A stretch of DNA of 32,536 nucleotides from a virus (taxonomy: Duplodnaviria; Heunggongvirae; Uroviricota; Caudoviricetes): positions 142,633 through 175,168 of the IMG/VR virus record IMGVR_UViG_3300032893_000003. One strand, given 5' to 3'. The position numbers were made by a program, and so were the translations under genes. Below are positions 1 to 9,147 of the stretch, piece by piece; the stretch's first letter is position 1; each line of letters opens with the position of its first letter. The notes beneath the pieces were generated by a model, which saw nothing but the letters and a program-made list of their open reading frames with translations, had not been told where the DNA came from and made no database searches.

Positions 1-4
1 GTAC

Positions 5-2500
5 ATGGCGATGTCCGCGCGCGGGTTCGCCGACCGAGTTGGAGATGCGGCAGCCATTGGCGCTGTTACAGCTGCAAGCACTGCCGCTCAACTTGGTGCA
101 GGGGCTATTGGCTCCGTTATTGGGGCTGCTCCATTCGCATCTGGCGGCTTTATGGCTGGCGTTGGTGGGCTTATCGGAGGTGTTGCGGGAGGCATGGCTG
201 TAAGCGCCTACGCAGGCGCTGTGACAGATATGATGGCCGAGAACAGAGCTGTCCAGAGTCAACTTGCTGCCGGATCTTTCAGATTTTTTACGAGTGGTGC
301 GACTGGGGATGTTGATCCTTTAACTGGTCGAGGTATGTCAAGGCGGGCGCGCGCAAGCGTTGCTACTTCTATCCAAAATATGGAGATGAACGACCTTCGT
401 TACAGTATGGATGAGTATAAGCAAGTGCTTGAAGGCGGGATGCAGTTTGATTTGTTCTCCGGTACTCATGATGTCGAGGATTTTAAAAATAAATTCAAAG
501 GGCTTGTCGAAACTTTAAAGACCGTTACGACGACGCTTCACACTTCGCTTAAAGAAGGTTTAGAAGTTGTACGTGGATTTCGCGACATGGGTGTTACAGA
601 TCCAAGCGAAGTGAGCCGCCTGGTCTTGTCGTCTGAAGCGCGTGGCAGAGCTAGCGGGCGAACTGGGATGGAAATGCTCGCTATTGGTCAGGCAGGGGCT
701 GAGATCTTCAGAGGCACAGGCATCACAATGGAGCGTGGCTTTGAGCTCAACCAGATGAATGTCACGACCGTTAGAAGTATGCTAAATGCTGGTACACTTA
801 GCCGCGAGATGATTATGCAGGCGGGTGGGGAAAACGCACTTGCTCAGCAAATGACGGCAGGCGCTCTATCGGCTTTCCAAACAGCCCAAGGCAGAGCTGC
901 GATGATGGCGAACTTCAACATGGGTACTGGCGCTATGAATCCTAACCTTCTTCCTAATCTTATGGGCGGCGATATTATGCAACAGATCGCAGGCGCAGCC
1001 CGAATGGGTCCTGCTGCTCTTTTGACGTTTCAAGCCAGACAAGAGGATCTTATCAGCAAAATGTCGCCTCAAGCTATGCAGACATTTGGACTGAGTCTTG
1101 ATGTAGGCATGGGACGTGAGTTGATGAAAGCAGCTCCTGGTCTTGGTGCCGAAGATGCTGTCAGAGTCGCAGCTCAAAGACGCGGGCTTAGCAAACCTCA
1201 AGTCGAGGCGGAAGTAGCTCTCATGACGCAAAACCCTGATACAATGCTTGCAGATCAGCAAGCTGCGATTGACGCCGTAAGAACACAGGCGGCTGGAGAA
1301 GACATTAGGAATCGAGCCAATATTTTTAAGCAAGCAAGCAATTTCTTGCGCCGTACATTCGTGGCAGCGCCCGCACAGGCGGCGACTGGTCTTTCAACCG
1401 CCGTTGGGGAAGCCGTCGAGAATGCGAGCCTGAGGCTTACAGGGGCTGCTCTGGTTGACCAAGGCATTGTAAATAAAGAGTCTGTGGCTGCTACACGCGT
1501 AATAGGTCCGGAGTCTGGCACTGCAGTCGATATTTCTGGGGGCTTAGCACTGCCGTGGGGACAGAGAGCTGAAGCGCGGGCGTTTTTAAATGAAATGTAT
1601 GGTCGCGGCCGTGCCATGACGTTTAAGAACAAGGCTGAGGCTGAGGAATACGCGCGGACTCACGGTAATATTGTCATCGGAACAAATGATTCTGGCGACA
1701 TCATCGGTATGCGCCAATCGCAGCTCGGTGATATGTTAAAGAACGCGCAGAGCTGGCAGTCAAATCAGTCAGAGCGTGATGAGGCAGGCAAAGCTAAGTT
1801 GTCGGACGAGATAGGCGGCAATATCCAAGGGGATATGTCAGCAGCACAAGTCATGGAAAAGATAGGCGGCATTGCTCCACGGGATCTTCAGCTTTCTGAT
1901 GAAGACTTCACGAAGAAGTATAAACACAGTAAGGGCTACTATACCGCGCTAGCCAATAGATACATGGAGACCTATCACGGAGCTGAAACAACCAGAGGAG
2001 CTTTGGCAGAACTAAGCTCCGGCAGTCACATAGGGGCAGTCTCGGCGGCCACGGCGCAGAGCGCTGCTGAAGACGCGCAGAAGGCTGCAAACCAGATTCT
2101 AAACATGGGATTCGTGTCAAAACTGCCAAGTCAAGAAAGGGAATTTTTGTTAGCCAAACCTGGCAACATACCTCTTTTATTTAAAGCCGCGGCTGGCGAT
2201 ACCGCAGCTCGTGGTGAATTGGCTAGGCTTGCTCCTACCGGAATGGCGGCGGCTCTAAGTGCAGCTGCGAAGCCAGACCAGGGAACATCTGAGCTCGTAT
2301 CGCGCATCGAAAAAGACATTAGGGTAGCAGCTTCTTTTGAGCAAACAGCTGGCGCTACGGCTGGTACAAGTCAGGTTGTAGGCGACGTGTCGAAAGACAC
2401 TTCACAAAATCTAGATCGTATGTCACGGGAACTGATTGCCAATTATCAAGTATTGATCGGGCTTCAAAAACAATTAAACGATTTACAGGGGAAAAAATAA
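5..2500 (+). CDS. Tape-measure-like protein, probably 5'-truncated by the window edge
   Basis: 831+ aa, rich in Ala/Gly/Met/Gln and helical-looking, with hydrophobic Gly/Ala stretches near the start (GGFMAGVGGLIGGVAGGMAV). It lies directly upstream of hub and baseplate genes. The frame is open to the window edge (TAC at 2-4). Confidence 0.65.
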   Translation: MAMSARGFADRVGDAAAIGAVTAASTAAQLGAGAIGSVIGAAPFASGGFMAGVGGLIGGVAGGMAVSAYAGAVTDMMAENRAVQSQLAAGSFRFFTSGATGDVDPLTGRGMSRRARASVATSIQNMEMNDLRYSMDEYKQVLEGGMQFDLFSGTHDVEDFKNKFKGLVETLKTVTTTLHTSLKEGLEVVRGFRDMGVTDPSEVSRLVLSSEARGRASGRTGMEMLAIGQAGAEIFRGTGITMERGFELNQMNVTTVRSMLNAGTLSREMIMQAGGENALAQQMTAGALSAFQTAQGRAAMMANFNMGTGAMNPNLLPNLMGGDIMQQIAGAARMGPAALLTFQARQEDLISKMSPQAMQTFGLSLDVGMGRELMKAAPGLGAEDAVRVAAQRRGLSKPQVEAEVALMTQNPDTMLADQQAAIDAVRTQAAGEDIRNRANIFKQASNFLRRTFVAAPAQAATGLSTAVGEAVENASLRLTGAALVDQGIVNKESVAATRVIGPESGTAVDISGGLALPWGQRAEARAFLNEMYGRGRAMTFKNKAEAEEYARTHGNIVIGTNDSGDIIGMRQSQLGDMLKNAQSWQSNQSERDEAGKAKLSDEIGGNIQGDMSAAQVMEKIGGIAPRDLQLSDEDFTKKYKHSKGYYTALANRYMETYHGAETTRGALAELSSGSHIGAVSAATAQSAAEDAQKAANQILNMGFVSKLPSQEREFLLAKPGNIPLLFKAAAGDTAARGELARLAPTGMAAALSAAAKPDQGTSELVSRIEKDIRVAASFEQTAGATAGTSQVVGDVSKDTSQNLDRMSRELIANYQVLIGLQKQLNDLQGKK

Positions 2501-2733
2501 TGGCTTCTAGCATCGAAACAATTGCAGACAACTTAATCGATACCGCTATCGGGGCTGTATGGGTTAATAGGTCTGTGGCCGTTGGGTTTGATATAGACGA
2601 TTTTGTATCCACTACTGTAAAAAACACTGCTATCAGTGTTAAACTGTATAATCTAGCTGGAACAGTCGATACGCAACTCGCGCAAAATAGACGCATTGTC
2701 AGTATCGGCGGGGCTACTGTAGGGGGATTCTAA
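2500..2733 (+). CDS. Small hypothetical virion-associated protein (77 aa)
   Basis: TAATG stop/start overlaps at both ends (2498-2502 and 2731-2735) indicate translational coupling. Confidence 0.7.
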   Translation: MASSIETIADNLIDTAIGAVWVNRSVAVGFDIDDFVSTTVKNTAISVKLYNLAGTVDTQLAQNRRIVSIGGATVGGF

Positions 2734-3761
2734 TGGCTTTACTGGAAGGCACTTCAGGTGTAAATGGCATCTTAACTCCGCAGAGTTCGCTGCCCATCGC
2801 CCAAGCTTTGCCTCCAGACGCTAAAATTGCTGTTAGAAATTTCGCGCCAGAAGGTACGACAAGAAACACGCTCACGTCATTGAGTGTAAATACCGTTCAG
2901 CCAGTCAGTGGTCAGTTAAATGATAATAACTCCCCGCAAGAATTTCAGAACACGGACTTTTCATTCATCGACGGATACCGGAAAGGTAGCGGAAACGGGA
3001 GCGATAGCCTTGAGGACAGTAACGATGATCTAACTTATCCTTTTGTCTTACAGCCAAACGGTAATGATGACGAGCTCGCCTACATGGCGCTTCAGATTCA
3101 GCCATCAGCTACGCAAGATAACTCGGATCAACAAAATCTTCCGCAGACAGCACTCTCTGCTGATAAGCGCTCGATCATTTCAAATTATTCCCGGTTTTTC
3201 TTACAAGGCGTAGTGGAGGCCGAGCAGGAGAAGTATCAAGTCGTTGAAACCTTCACCAGCTATTATGCGTTTTTCTATGGTAAGCGTCCGCCCATCTATC
3301 GGTATACTGGAACGGTCATCAACGATTCGCTTTACCGCTGGAACAATGATTTAAAGTTCATTTATGAAAACTTTTTTCGAGGCACGAAAGCTGCTGAGTA
3401 CAACGCAGAAGTTGTGATCAGTTACGATGGTCGTGTGGTGATCGGGTTTCCTTTAGGTCTAACGATGCAGCAGGAAGCCGTCAACGATAAAGGCATTCCA
3501 TTCGCGATGGATGTCCTTGTCATTAGTCACACTCCTACATCTTTGAGCGATGATGTGAATGTACTTTTAGATCAGGCGGCCGCACAGCGGACAGCTTTAA
3601 AGCAACAGGCTGAGCTAGCACAGGCTTTGTCACAGCAGGCAGGGCCAAGTGTTCAGATTTCAGATTTATCGACGAATGGGATTTTGCCGCCAGCCTCCAT
3701 TCTTCCGGTGAACGTGTCTCCGACGTCATTAGGCGGTGTGAGTCAGTTAGCGGTATCATAA
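2733..3761 (+). CDS. Hypothetical tail/baseplate protein; positional candidate for tube-baseplate initiator
   Basis: Coupled ORF between tape measure and hub. It has a low-complexity N-terminus, a beta-rich core (FFLQGVVEAEQEKYQVVETF...GKRPPIYRYTGTVIN) and a helical tail. The function is inferred from position only. Confidence 0.55.
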   Translation: MALLEGTSGVNGILTPQSSLPIAQALPPDAKIAVRNFAPEGTTRNTLTSLSVNTVQPVSGQLNDNNSPQEFQNTDFSFIDGYRKGSGNGSDSLEDSNDDLTYPFVLQPNGNDDELAYMALQIQPSATQDNSDQQNLPQTALSADKRSIISNYSRFFLQGVVEAEQEKYQVVETFTSYYAFFYGKRPPIYRYTGTVINDSLYRWNNDLKFIYENFFRGTKAAEYNAEVVISYDGRVVIGFPLGLTMQQEAVNDKGIPFAMDVLVISHTPTSLSDDVNVLLDQAAAQRTALKQQAELAQALSQQAGPSVQISDLSTNGILPPASILPVNVSPTSLGGVSQLAVS

Positions 3762-3771
3762 GAGGAGATCT

Positions 3772-5931
3772 ATGAGCGCTGCGGGTAGCAGGCAGAAATG
3801 TCGGTTGTTTCTAGAGGGACAAGAAGTTCCATTTCAAGGAGCTGTCATCACAGCCGCCGAAGGTGCCCCGATCAGCGCGACAATCAGCCTTGTACCTTTA
3901 CAAGGTATAAAGTTCGTCAAACCGCGAACGCAAGTTCATCTCTTTATGCAGGACACGAAGAATTTTCCAGACGATAACTTTTACCTCGTTTTCGAAGGTG
4001 AAGTTCTTGGTCGTGTTTACGGTAAAAAGCAAAACTCAAGAATGTTCTCGATTGTGGCTTTAGACTACTCGTCCTATTGGGATGAGGCTAAGAGCTATGT
4101 GATGAACCCGAACTTTGTACTTGGCAAAGTTGAAGATACGGTAACGTTCAAAGATGCGCCCGTTGACGAAACCATTAAGGCTCTTGGTGGAGTTGCGTTT
4201 CAGACATCGGCTACATCGAATACCGCGACTATCGACATCATGCTCGCAAATGGCAATAAAGACCTGGCGCTTGGTGTGGTGAATGTCATCAAGAAGTTAG
4301 CCACCGTTAACCAATTTTATTCAGCCGCCTTTGAACGGCTACGTATAAATGACCGCATTAATTTATTCTCTAGCTCAAGGCTTCAAGAATTTTTAGGAGA
4401 GCTTAAAATAGACGATTTCTTGCGCGATTTTACGGGTAAGTTTGGTGGCATATCCTCGCTACGTGAAATTTTATATAGCGTCATGAGCCTTGTGTTTCAT
4501 ACGTTCGTGAGTGTTCCGTTTCCAGCAAGGTTACCTTCAAAGACAAATCCTAAAGATAGCGTTATGTCTCAGTTTTTGTTTGTGCCTGATGGCTACACAT
4601 TGCCAGCTCCTTTGTGCAACGTCGTATTTCCTAATCAGCAGCGCGGCTATCAGTTCCAAGAGGATTTTAGGCAGCTCCCTACACGCTACTCGTTTCGTGC
4701 CAGTATGCCCGTCATGACAGCTCAGGGCATTGATTATCCTCAGTATCCAACTCAGTTCTTTCCTACTGCTTTTTCAGATTATATGTTTGGGAAGCGCACG
4801 GCAACTGACACAGAACTAAGTAGTGAGCTCGGTCCCTCTACACTACTGACGGATCCCAAGACGGGAAATACCTATGCCGGCATTTTTTATGATAACGCAA
4901 ATACATCTGCAGTCGGCGTGGCATTTGGCACAACGCTCAGAGAGGCTGACTATCTCAGTAACGAAGAGTCATTAAAAGGCATCTATCTAGACATGGACAC
5001 TTTCATGCCTGGCTATACGGCTCTTATCAAAGGTGCAAGTCCCGATGCGCGCACGGCCTTCATTCAAGCAATCGGGGAGTATCTATTCTTTAAAAAGCGC
5101 TTTTCAGCCAGACAGACGAGTTCAGACCTGGTGTTTCATCCCTATCTCGTTCCTGGGTTTAACGCGCTCTTTTTAGATGATAGTGAAGCTGGCCAAAGCT
5201 TTGTCGCAAAACTCCAAGTTGTGACGCACACACTTAACAACGATGCTTGCTCCACTTCGGTTGAGCTCGCCTACGGCAGAGACTTCGATGAGGTAGATGC
5301 CGTTACAGGCGGCAGCGGAGATCCGCCTGTTCCGCCATGGTTTGATCCTTCCATATTCGGCTTTGAGGATACCGACAATAAGTATTTCGACCAGGAAACA
5401 AGTTATCTCTTGAAAGTCGGAGCTATCGACAAAAACACGGCAGCCGAGCGCGACGATATCGACAGTCCGGTTGTTTTCCCGTTCATCAATAAATTCTACC
5501 AAGCTCTTTTAGGCTGCAATTCAACAACTAACTATAACGACCCGAGCGGCACACCATCGAATAAAACACCGCCGAAGCCCGTTATCGTTTCGACCCGCGG
5601 AGCTACTGAATGGCTACTTGAGCAGTACAATAAGGTCTCTAGTAATCCGGACGCGGTTGATTCCTTGGTGCGAAAGATTACGGCAAGACCCCTTATGACC
5701 ATGTTTAAGGCGTTTAAATTCATACGGGCGGCACCCATTGGGTACAACGGCAATACGCGCTCTTCCATACCGGCTGAGTTTGCAGCCTTTGGTGCGATTA
5801 CGAGCGGCATTGATTTGCCGGCGCGATTCAACGGGACTGGCTATTCTGACCAAAACGCAATAAAATTGAGGCGCAGCATTATATATCCGTATGTGAAGCT
5901 ATTAAAAACGCGGGTGGGATTCCGTGGCTAA
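3772..5931 (+). CDS. Baseplate hub-like protein (gp27/late control D-type fold) with C-terminal extension
   Basis: SD GAGGAG upstream. The N-terminus RLFLEGQEVPF...ATISL...FEGEV...IVALD and the late segment FHPYLVPGFNALFLDD...VTHTL...TSVEL resemble hub proteins. The position also fits. Confidence 0.6.
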   Translation: MSAAGSRQKCRLFLEGQEVPFQGAVITAAEGAPISATISLVPLQGIKFVKPRTQVHLFMQDTKNFPDDNFYLVFEGEVLGRVYGKKQNSRMFSIVALDYSSYWDEAKSYVMNPNFVLGKVEDTVTFKDAPVDETIKALGGVAFQTSATSNTATIDIMLANGNKDLALGVVNVIKKLATVNQFYSAAFERLRINDRINLFSSSRLQEFLGELKIDDFLRDFTGKFGGISSLREILYSVMSLVFHTFVSVPFPARLPSKTNPKDSVMSQFLFVPDGYTLPAPLCNVVFPNQQRGYQFQEDFRQLPTRYSFRASMPVMTAQGIDYPQYPTQFFPTAFSDYMFGKRTATDTELSSELGPSTLLTDPKTGNTYAGIFYDNANTSAVGVAFGTTLREADYLSNEESLKGIYLDMDTFMPGYTALIKGASPDARTAFIQAIGEYLFFKKRFSARQTSSDLVFHPYLVPGFNALFLDDSEAGQSFVAKLQVVTHTLNNDACSTSVELAYGRDFDEVDAVTGGSGDPPVPPWFDPSIFGFEDTDNKYFDQETSYLLKVGAIDKNTAAERDDIDSPVVFPFINKFYQALLGCNSTTNYNDPSGTPSNKTPPKPVIVSTRGATEWLLEQYNKVSSNPDAVDSLVRKITARPLMTMFKAFKFIRAAPIGYNGNTRSSIPAEFAAFGAITSGIDLPARFNGTGYSDQNAIKLRRSIIYPYVKLLKTRVGFRG

Positions 5932-6805
5932 TGACAAAGTATTTACTGATGAAGACATGAAAAGAGAAGAGGAAAGCCTTTACAAGCTTTCAGCTGAAGA
6001 CCTAAAAGTAAAACGCGAGCGTGAGGCTGGACTTCTGCAGGCTTTTAAGAAGAGTCCCAGTAAAACAACATTCATGCCGCTTTACACTTCTTACAAACCT
6101 TTCATCATCAACGCAGCTAAGCGGAATATGTTTGGAAGCCCTATCCCGCCAGCGGCCCATATTATGTATGCGGCACAAAGTTTTCTCGACGCGATCAGAA
6201 CTCACGACCCCGCCAAGGGAGGCTTCAATACCCATGCCTTCAACACAATTTCTGAGAAGGGAAAGAGGCTGAATCTTAAGTATCAAAACATCGGCTACAT
6301 CCCTGAGTCGCGGGCAACTAAGTATCAGGCATTTCAAACAGCTCAGCATCTCTTACGAGAACATCTAGGCCGCGAACCATCGACACTCGAATTGGCTGAC
6401 GAGATGGCTATGCCGCCCAACGAAATAGAGCGGATGCGAAAGGAAATGCGGCAAGATCTTTTAATGGTGGAACACTTACCCAATATAGGTCCGGCCATCG
6501 CCCAATCAGATAAAGCCATGCAATTTGCGCGGGATCTTCAGTATTCGCTAATCCCTAAACACCGCGTCGTGCTTGAGCACGCAATTGGTCTTAATGGCGT
6601 TAAGCCTTTATTGAAACCCTCAGGAGCGCCTGACATAAAAGCTATTGCCAAAACAGCAAAGCTCACTGTTCCTGAGATCAGATCAGCGATAAAGACTATT
6701 AACAGGAAATTTAAAGAGCACCGCGGGACTATTGGCACAACAGAAACGGACGAGGAGTACGTGCCTGAAGAAGCCATTCCAGAGGGCGAGGAAACCTTTG
6801 AATGA
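5924..6805 (+). CDS. Divergent sigma-70-family RNA polymerase sigma factor
   Basis: Region 2-like FLDAIRTHDPAKGGFNTHAFNTI. Region 3-like IPESRATKYQAF...LLREHLGREPSTLELADEMAM. Region 4-like LIPKHRVVLEHAIGLNG...IKAIAKTAKLTVPEIRS. The GTG start overlaps the hub stop. Confidence 0.8.
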   Translation: MANDKVFTDEDMKREEESLYKLSAEDLKVKREREAGLLQAFKKSPSKTTFMPLYTSYKPFIINAAKRNMFGSPIPPAAHIMYAAQSFLDAIRTHDPAKGGFNTHAFNTISEKGKRLNLKYQNIGYIPESRATKYQAFQTAQHLLREHLGREPSTLELADEMAMPPNEIERMRKEMRQDLLMVEHLPNIGPAIAQSDKAMQFARDLQYSLIPKHRVVLEHAIGLNGVKPLLKPSGAPDIKAIAKTAKLTVPEIRSAIKTINRKFKEHRGTIGTTETDEEYVPEEAIPEGEETFE

Positions 6806-8706
6806 GCCTTCTCGATTCAGTTAATCAGCTTTCTGATTACTTAGATAACGCGATCAAATCTGGTAACAAAACCTTCGAGGCTTCGACAACCCGAGCGTCT
6901 GCACAGCCCGACGGTCAGCTTCAGCAGCAACTTCAAACACAGACTTCGCAGACTGCAATGGATGCCATTGCGCAAAATCCTGTTGCCAATACGGCGATCG
7001 ACACAGTCAATACGGCTATCACTTCTGTTTCGCAACAGCTTGTTAAAAATGTCATTACAAAAGTTAATCTCACGCCAATCCAAAACGCCACGAAACAATT
7101 CTTTTCGATGTATGCGACAGTTACATCTTTCGGAACTGAAGTGGCGATGGCGTTTGCTAGAAACACAGGCGGAAAGCTTGTAGCTGCTGTAAAAAATAAA
7201 GACAGTATCTCCCAGCAACTCGAAGCCGAGATTGTAGCCCTTTATAATGCCTGCGCAATTTTACTTGGCGGACAGCCCTTCTTTGACCAGTACCTAAGAA
7301 ACGTAGCTCAAGCCTACACATTGATTTTGCAAGCTGACACTAATCTTAAAACAGTTGTTCAGGCTTTAGAAAGTCCTAATCCTTTTTATCAGGCGACCCG
7401 GTTTAATCTAAGTATCTCTCAGCTCACGCAGGCTGAGAACTTAATCCTTCCTGACCGCGGCGTTGATGTTAGTAGCATTCGAGGAACTAAGAACTTCGTT
7501 TCGTCTGTGGTCAAAAGCCAGAGCAATAAGCAAGTGTATGCCGCAGCCGTCTCTATCCCGGGGATAACAGCTAAGATTGGGAAACTTGTGCTTGATTATG
7601 AACTGCAATCCATCAATGTGAACGCTTATATTAACACGTTTGTGAGAGCCTTATCCGATTATATATCCAATTATACCCAAAGTAATTCGGTCAATCAGGC
7701 CACTATCGACCACATTAACGCCGGAACTTCGCAGATCGATAATCTGCTTGCGCAGATGAATACAATCCTTAGCCAGAACACGGGTTCATCAACCGACGTC
7801 ACTTTCAGAGCAAAGCTCAGCTCTTATGGAACTCTGTGGGGGGCGGAACTCGCCGCGATTATCGCCTGGCTTGAGGCAAATCCAGGGGCAGGATCAGCTC
7901 TTCTTACACAGACTTCCGCGAGCGTTTTAGCCTACAACAAAGCTGTTGCCGGCATTGAATCTATCAATAGCATCCCATTTACAAATGGCGAAGTTATCAT
8001 AAACCAAGGACAAGAGAACGCGCTTCAAGGACTCGTAGTTCCACTAACTAGACTTTTAGTTACAGCTAATACCTTAGTCGCCACAAGCACTTCACGAAAT
8101 GATGTACGAGAACAGTCACTTGTTATTCGTACCTATTTACAAAAAGCTAGACAGGCAGATGCCGCCATCATCGCAGCGGTCCAGCCTTTTTTAAATACGC
8201 AGACAACTTTGACCGGAAAAGTGAATAAACTTGTCCAACAGCTCGTGGGCTTTGCTAGCAAAGCTGGCCTTGATCGCATTGTAGGTCTTCTAACCAACGG
8301 CAAAGTGGCGGACCTATTCTCAGCCACCCCAGATACATCGACCTTCGCGGGCGCGGCTGTGAACGGTATAAACGACATCCTGACTTCTCTCAAAGAGATC
8401 CCAGGTGCCACGACACAGCAGATCTCTCAACTCGAGACTTTGCGCGATCAGGTACTACGAGAACAAAAAGCTCAGGAAGTTTATGCCGGTCGGTCAGCTT
8501 CGCTAACGGAAGGCGATGACATAGCGCAGCAACAGGCCAATGTGGAAAACGACAAGACTTTAGTGCGAACGGCTACTGAAACGGCTAAACAATTAGACAG
8601 CAGTCTTGACTCAGATCCGGCCGAAGAGACGCAAAAGCTTTTAACCCCGCAGTTAACCCCAGGAACTTTGCCAGATTCTAGCGACGCGAAGGCTGGTTTG
8701 ATTTAA
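6802..8706 (+). CDS. Large, predicted all-helical hypothetical virion protein (634 aa)
   Basis: ATGA overlap with the sigma gene. Heptad-like helical composition rich in Q/A/L/T. No family recognised. Confidence 0.7.
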   Translation: MSLLDSVNQLSDYLDNAIKSGNKTFEASTTRASAQPDGQLQQQLQTQTSQTAMDAIAQNPVANTAIDTVNTAITSVSQQLVKNVITKVNLTPIQNATKQFFSMYATVTSFGTEVAMAFARNTGGKLVAAVKNKDSISQQLEAEIVALYNACAILLGGQPFFDQYLRNVAQAYTLILQADTNLKTVVQALESPNPFYQATRFNLSISQLTQAENLILPDRGVDVSSIRGTKNFVSSVVKSQSNKQVYAAAVSIPGITAKIGKLVLDYELQSINVNAYINTFVRALSDYISNYTQSNSVNQATIDHINAGTSQIDNLLAQMNTILSQNTGSSTDVTFRAKLSSYGTLWGAELAAIIAWLEANPGAGSALLTQTSASVLAYNKAVAGIESINSIPFTNGEVIINQGQENALQGLVVPLTRLLVTANTLVATSTSRNDVREQSLVIRTYLQKARQADAAIIAAVQPFLNTQTTLTGKVNKLVQQLVGFASKAGLDRIVGLLTNGKVADLFSATPDTSTFAGAAVNGINDILTSLKEIPGATTQQISQLETLRDQVLREQKAQEVYAGRSASLTEGDDIAQQQANVENDKTLVRTATETAKQLDSSLDSDPAEETQKLLTPQLTPGTLPDSSDAKAGLI

Positions 8707-8718
8707 AATAGAGGAATT

Positions 8719-9135
8719 GTGGACTATAAAATTGTGACTTTCGACCCCAACACGGGCTTAGCTAGTATCGGGATACCAGCCGTCCAGAAGATTCTGACGG
8801 GGCTCGATCTTTTGGTCCAGATCGTCGTGCTGTCATTTTTACGGAATCCTGGAAAGAGCGTCATGTTTCCGGCCGAAGGCTCAGGTCTTAGGAAAGATAT
8901 AGGGCAGTATACCTATACCCTCACTGGCAATGAGATCCAGCTGCTGGCTGTTCAGCGCACCCGATATGTTCAACAAGAAGTGATATCGCGACAAGATCCT
9001 AACCAGGGCACACCATATGAACGCCTTCAAAGTCTGACGTTAAAGAATGTGGCTTTTGACCCTACGACTTCGAATACTATTATGCAGGTCAAACTCATAT
9101 CCGAAGCGGGCGACAGTCGCGATATCCTAGTGTAA
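8719..9135 (+). CDS. gp25-like baseplate wedge / sheath initiator protein
   Basis: 138 aa with GLDLLVQIVVLSFLRNPG...P.EGSGL...ERLQSLTLKNV. It sits directly before the J-like gene. SD GAGGA precedes a GTG start. Confidence 0.7.
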   Translation: MDYKIVTFDPNTGLASIGIPAVQKILTGLDLLVQIVVLSFLRNPGKSVMFPAEGSGLRKDIGQYTYTLTGNEIQLLAVQRTRYVQQEVISRQDPNQGTPYERLQSLTLKNVAFDPTTSNTIMQVKLISEAGDSRDILV

Positions 9136-9147
9136 GATTGGAGTGGC

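Noticed and set aside
8719-9135. Lysozyme activity of the gp25-like protein
   Set aside because: The historical 'lysozyme' label on gp25 family members is not supported; the family is structural and no catalytic motif is seen.
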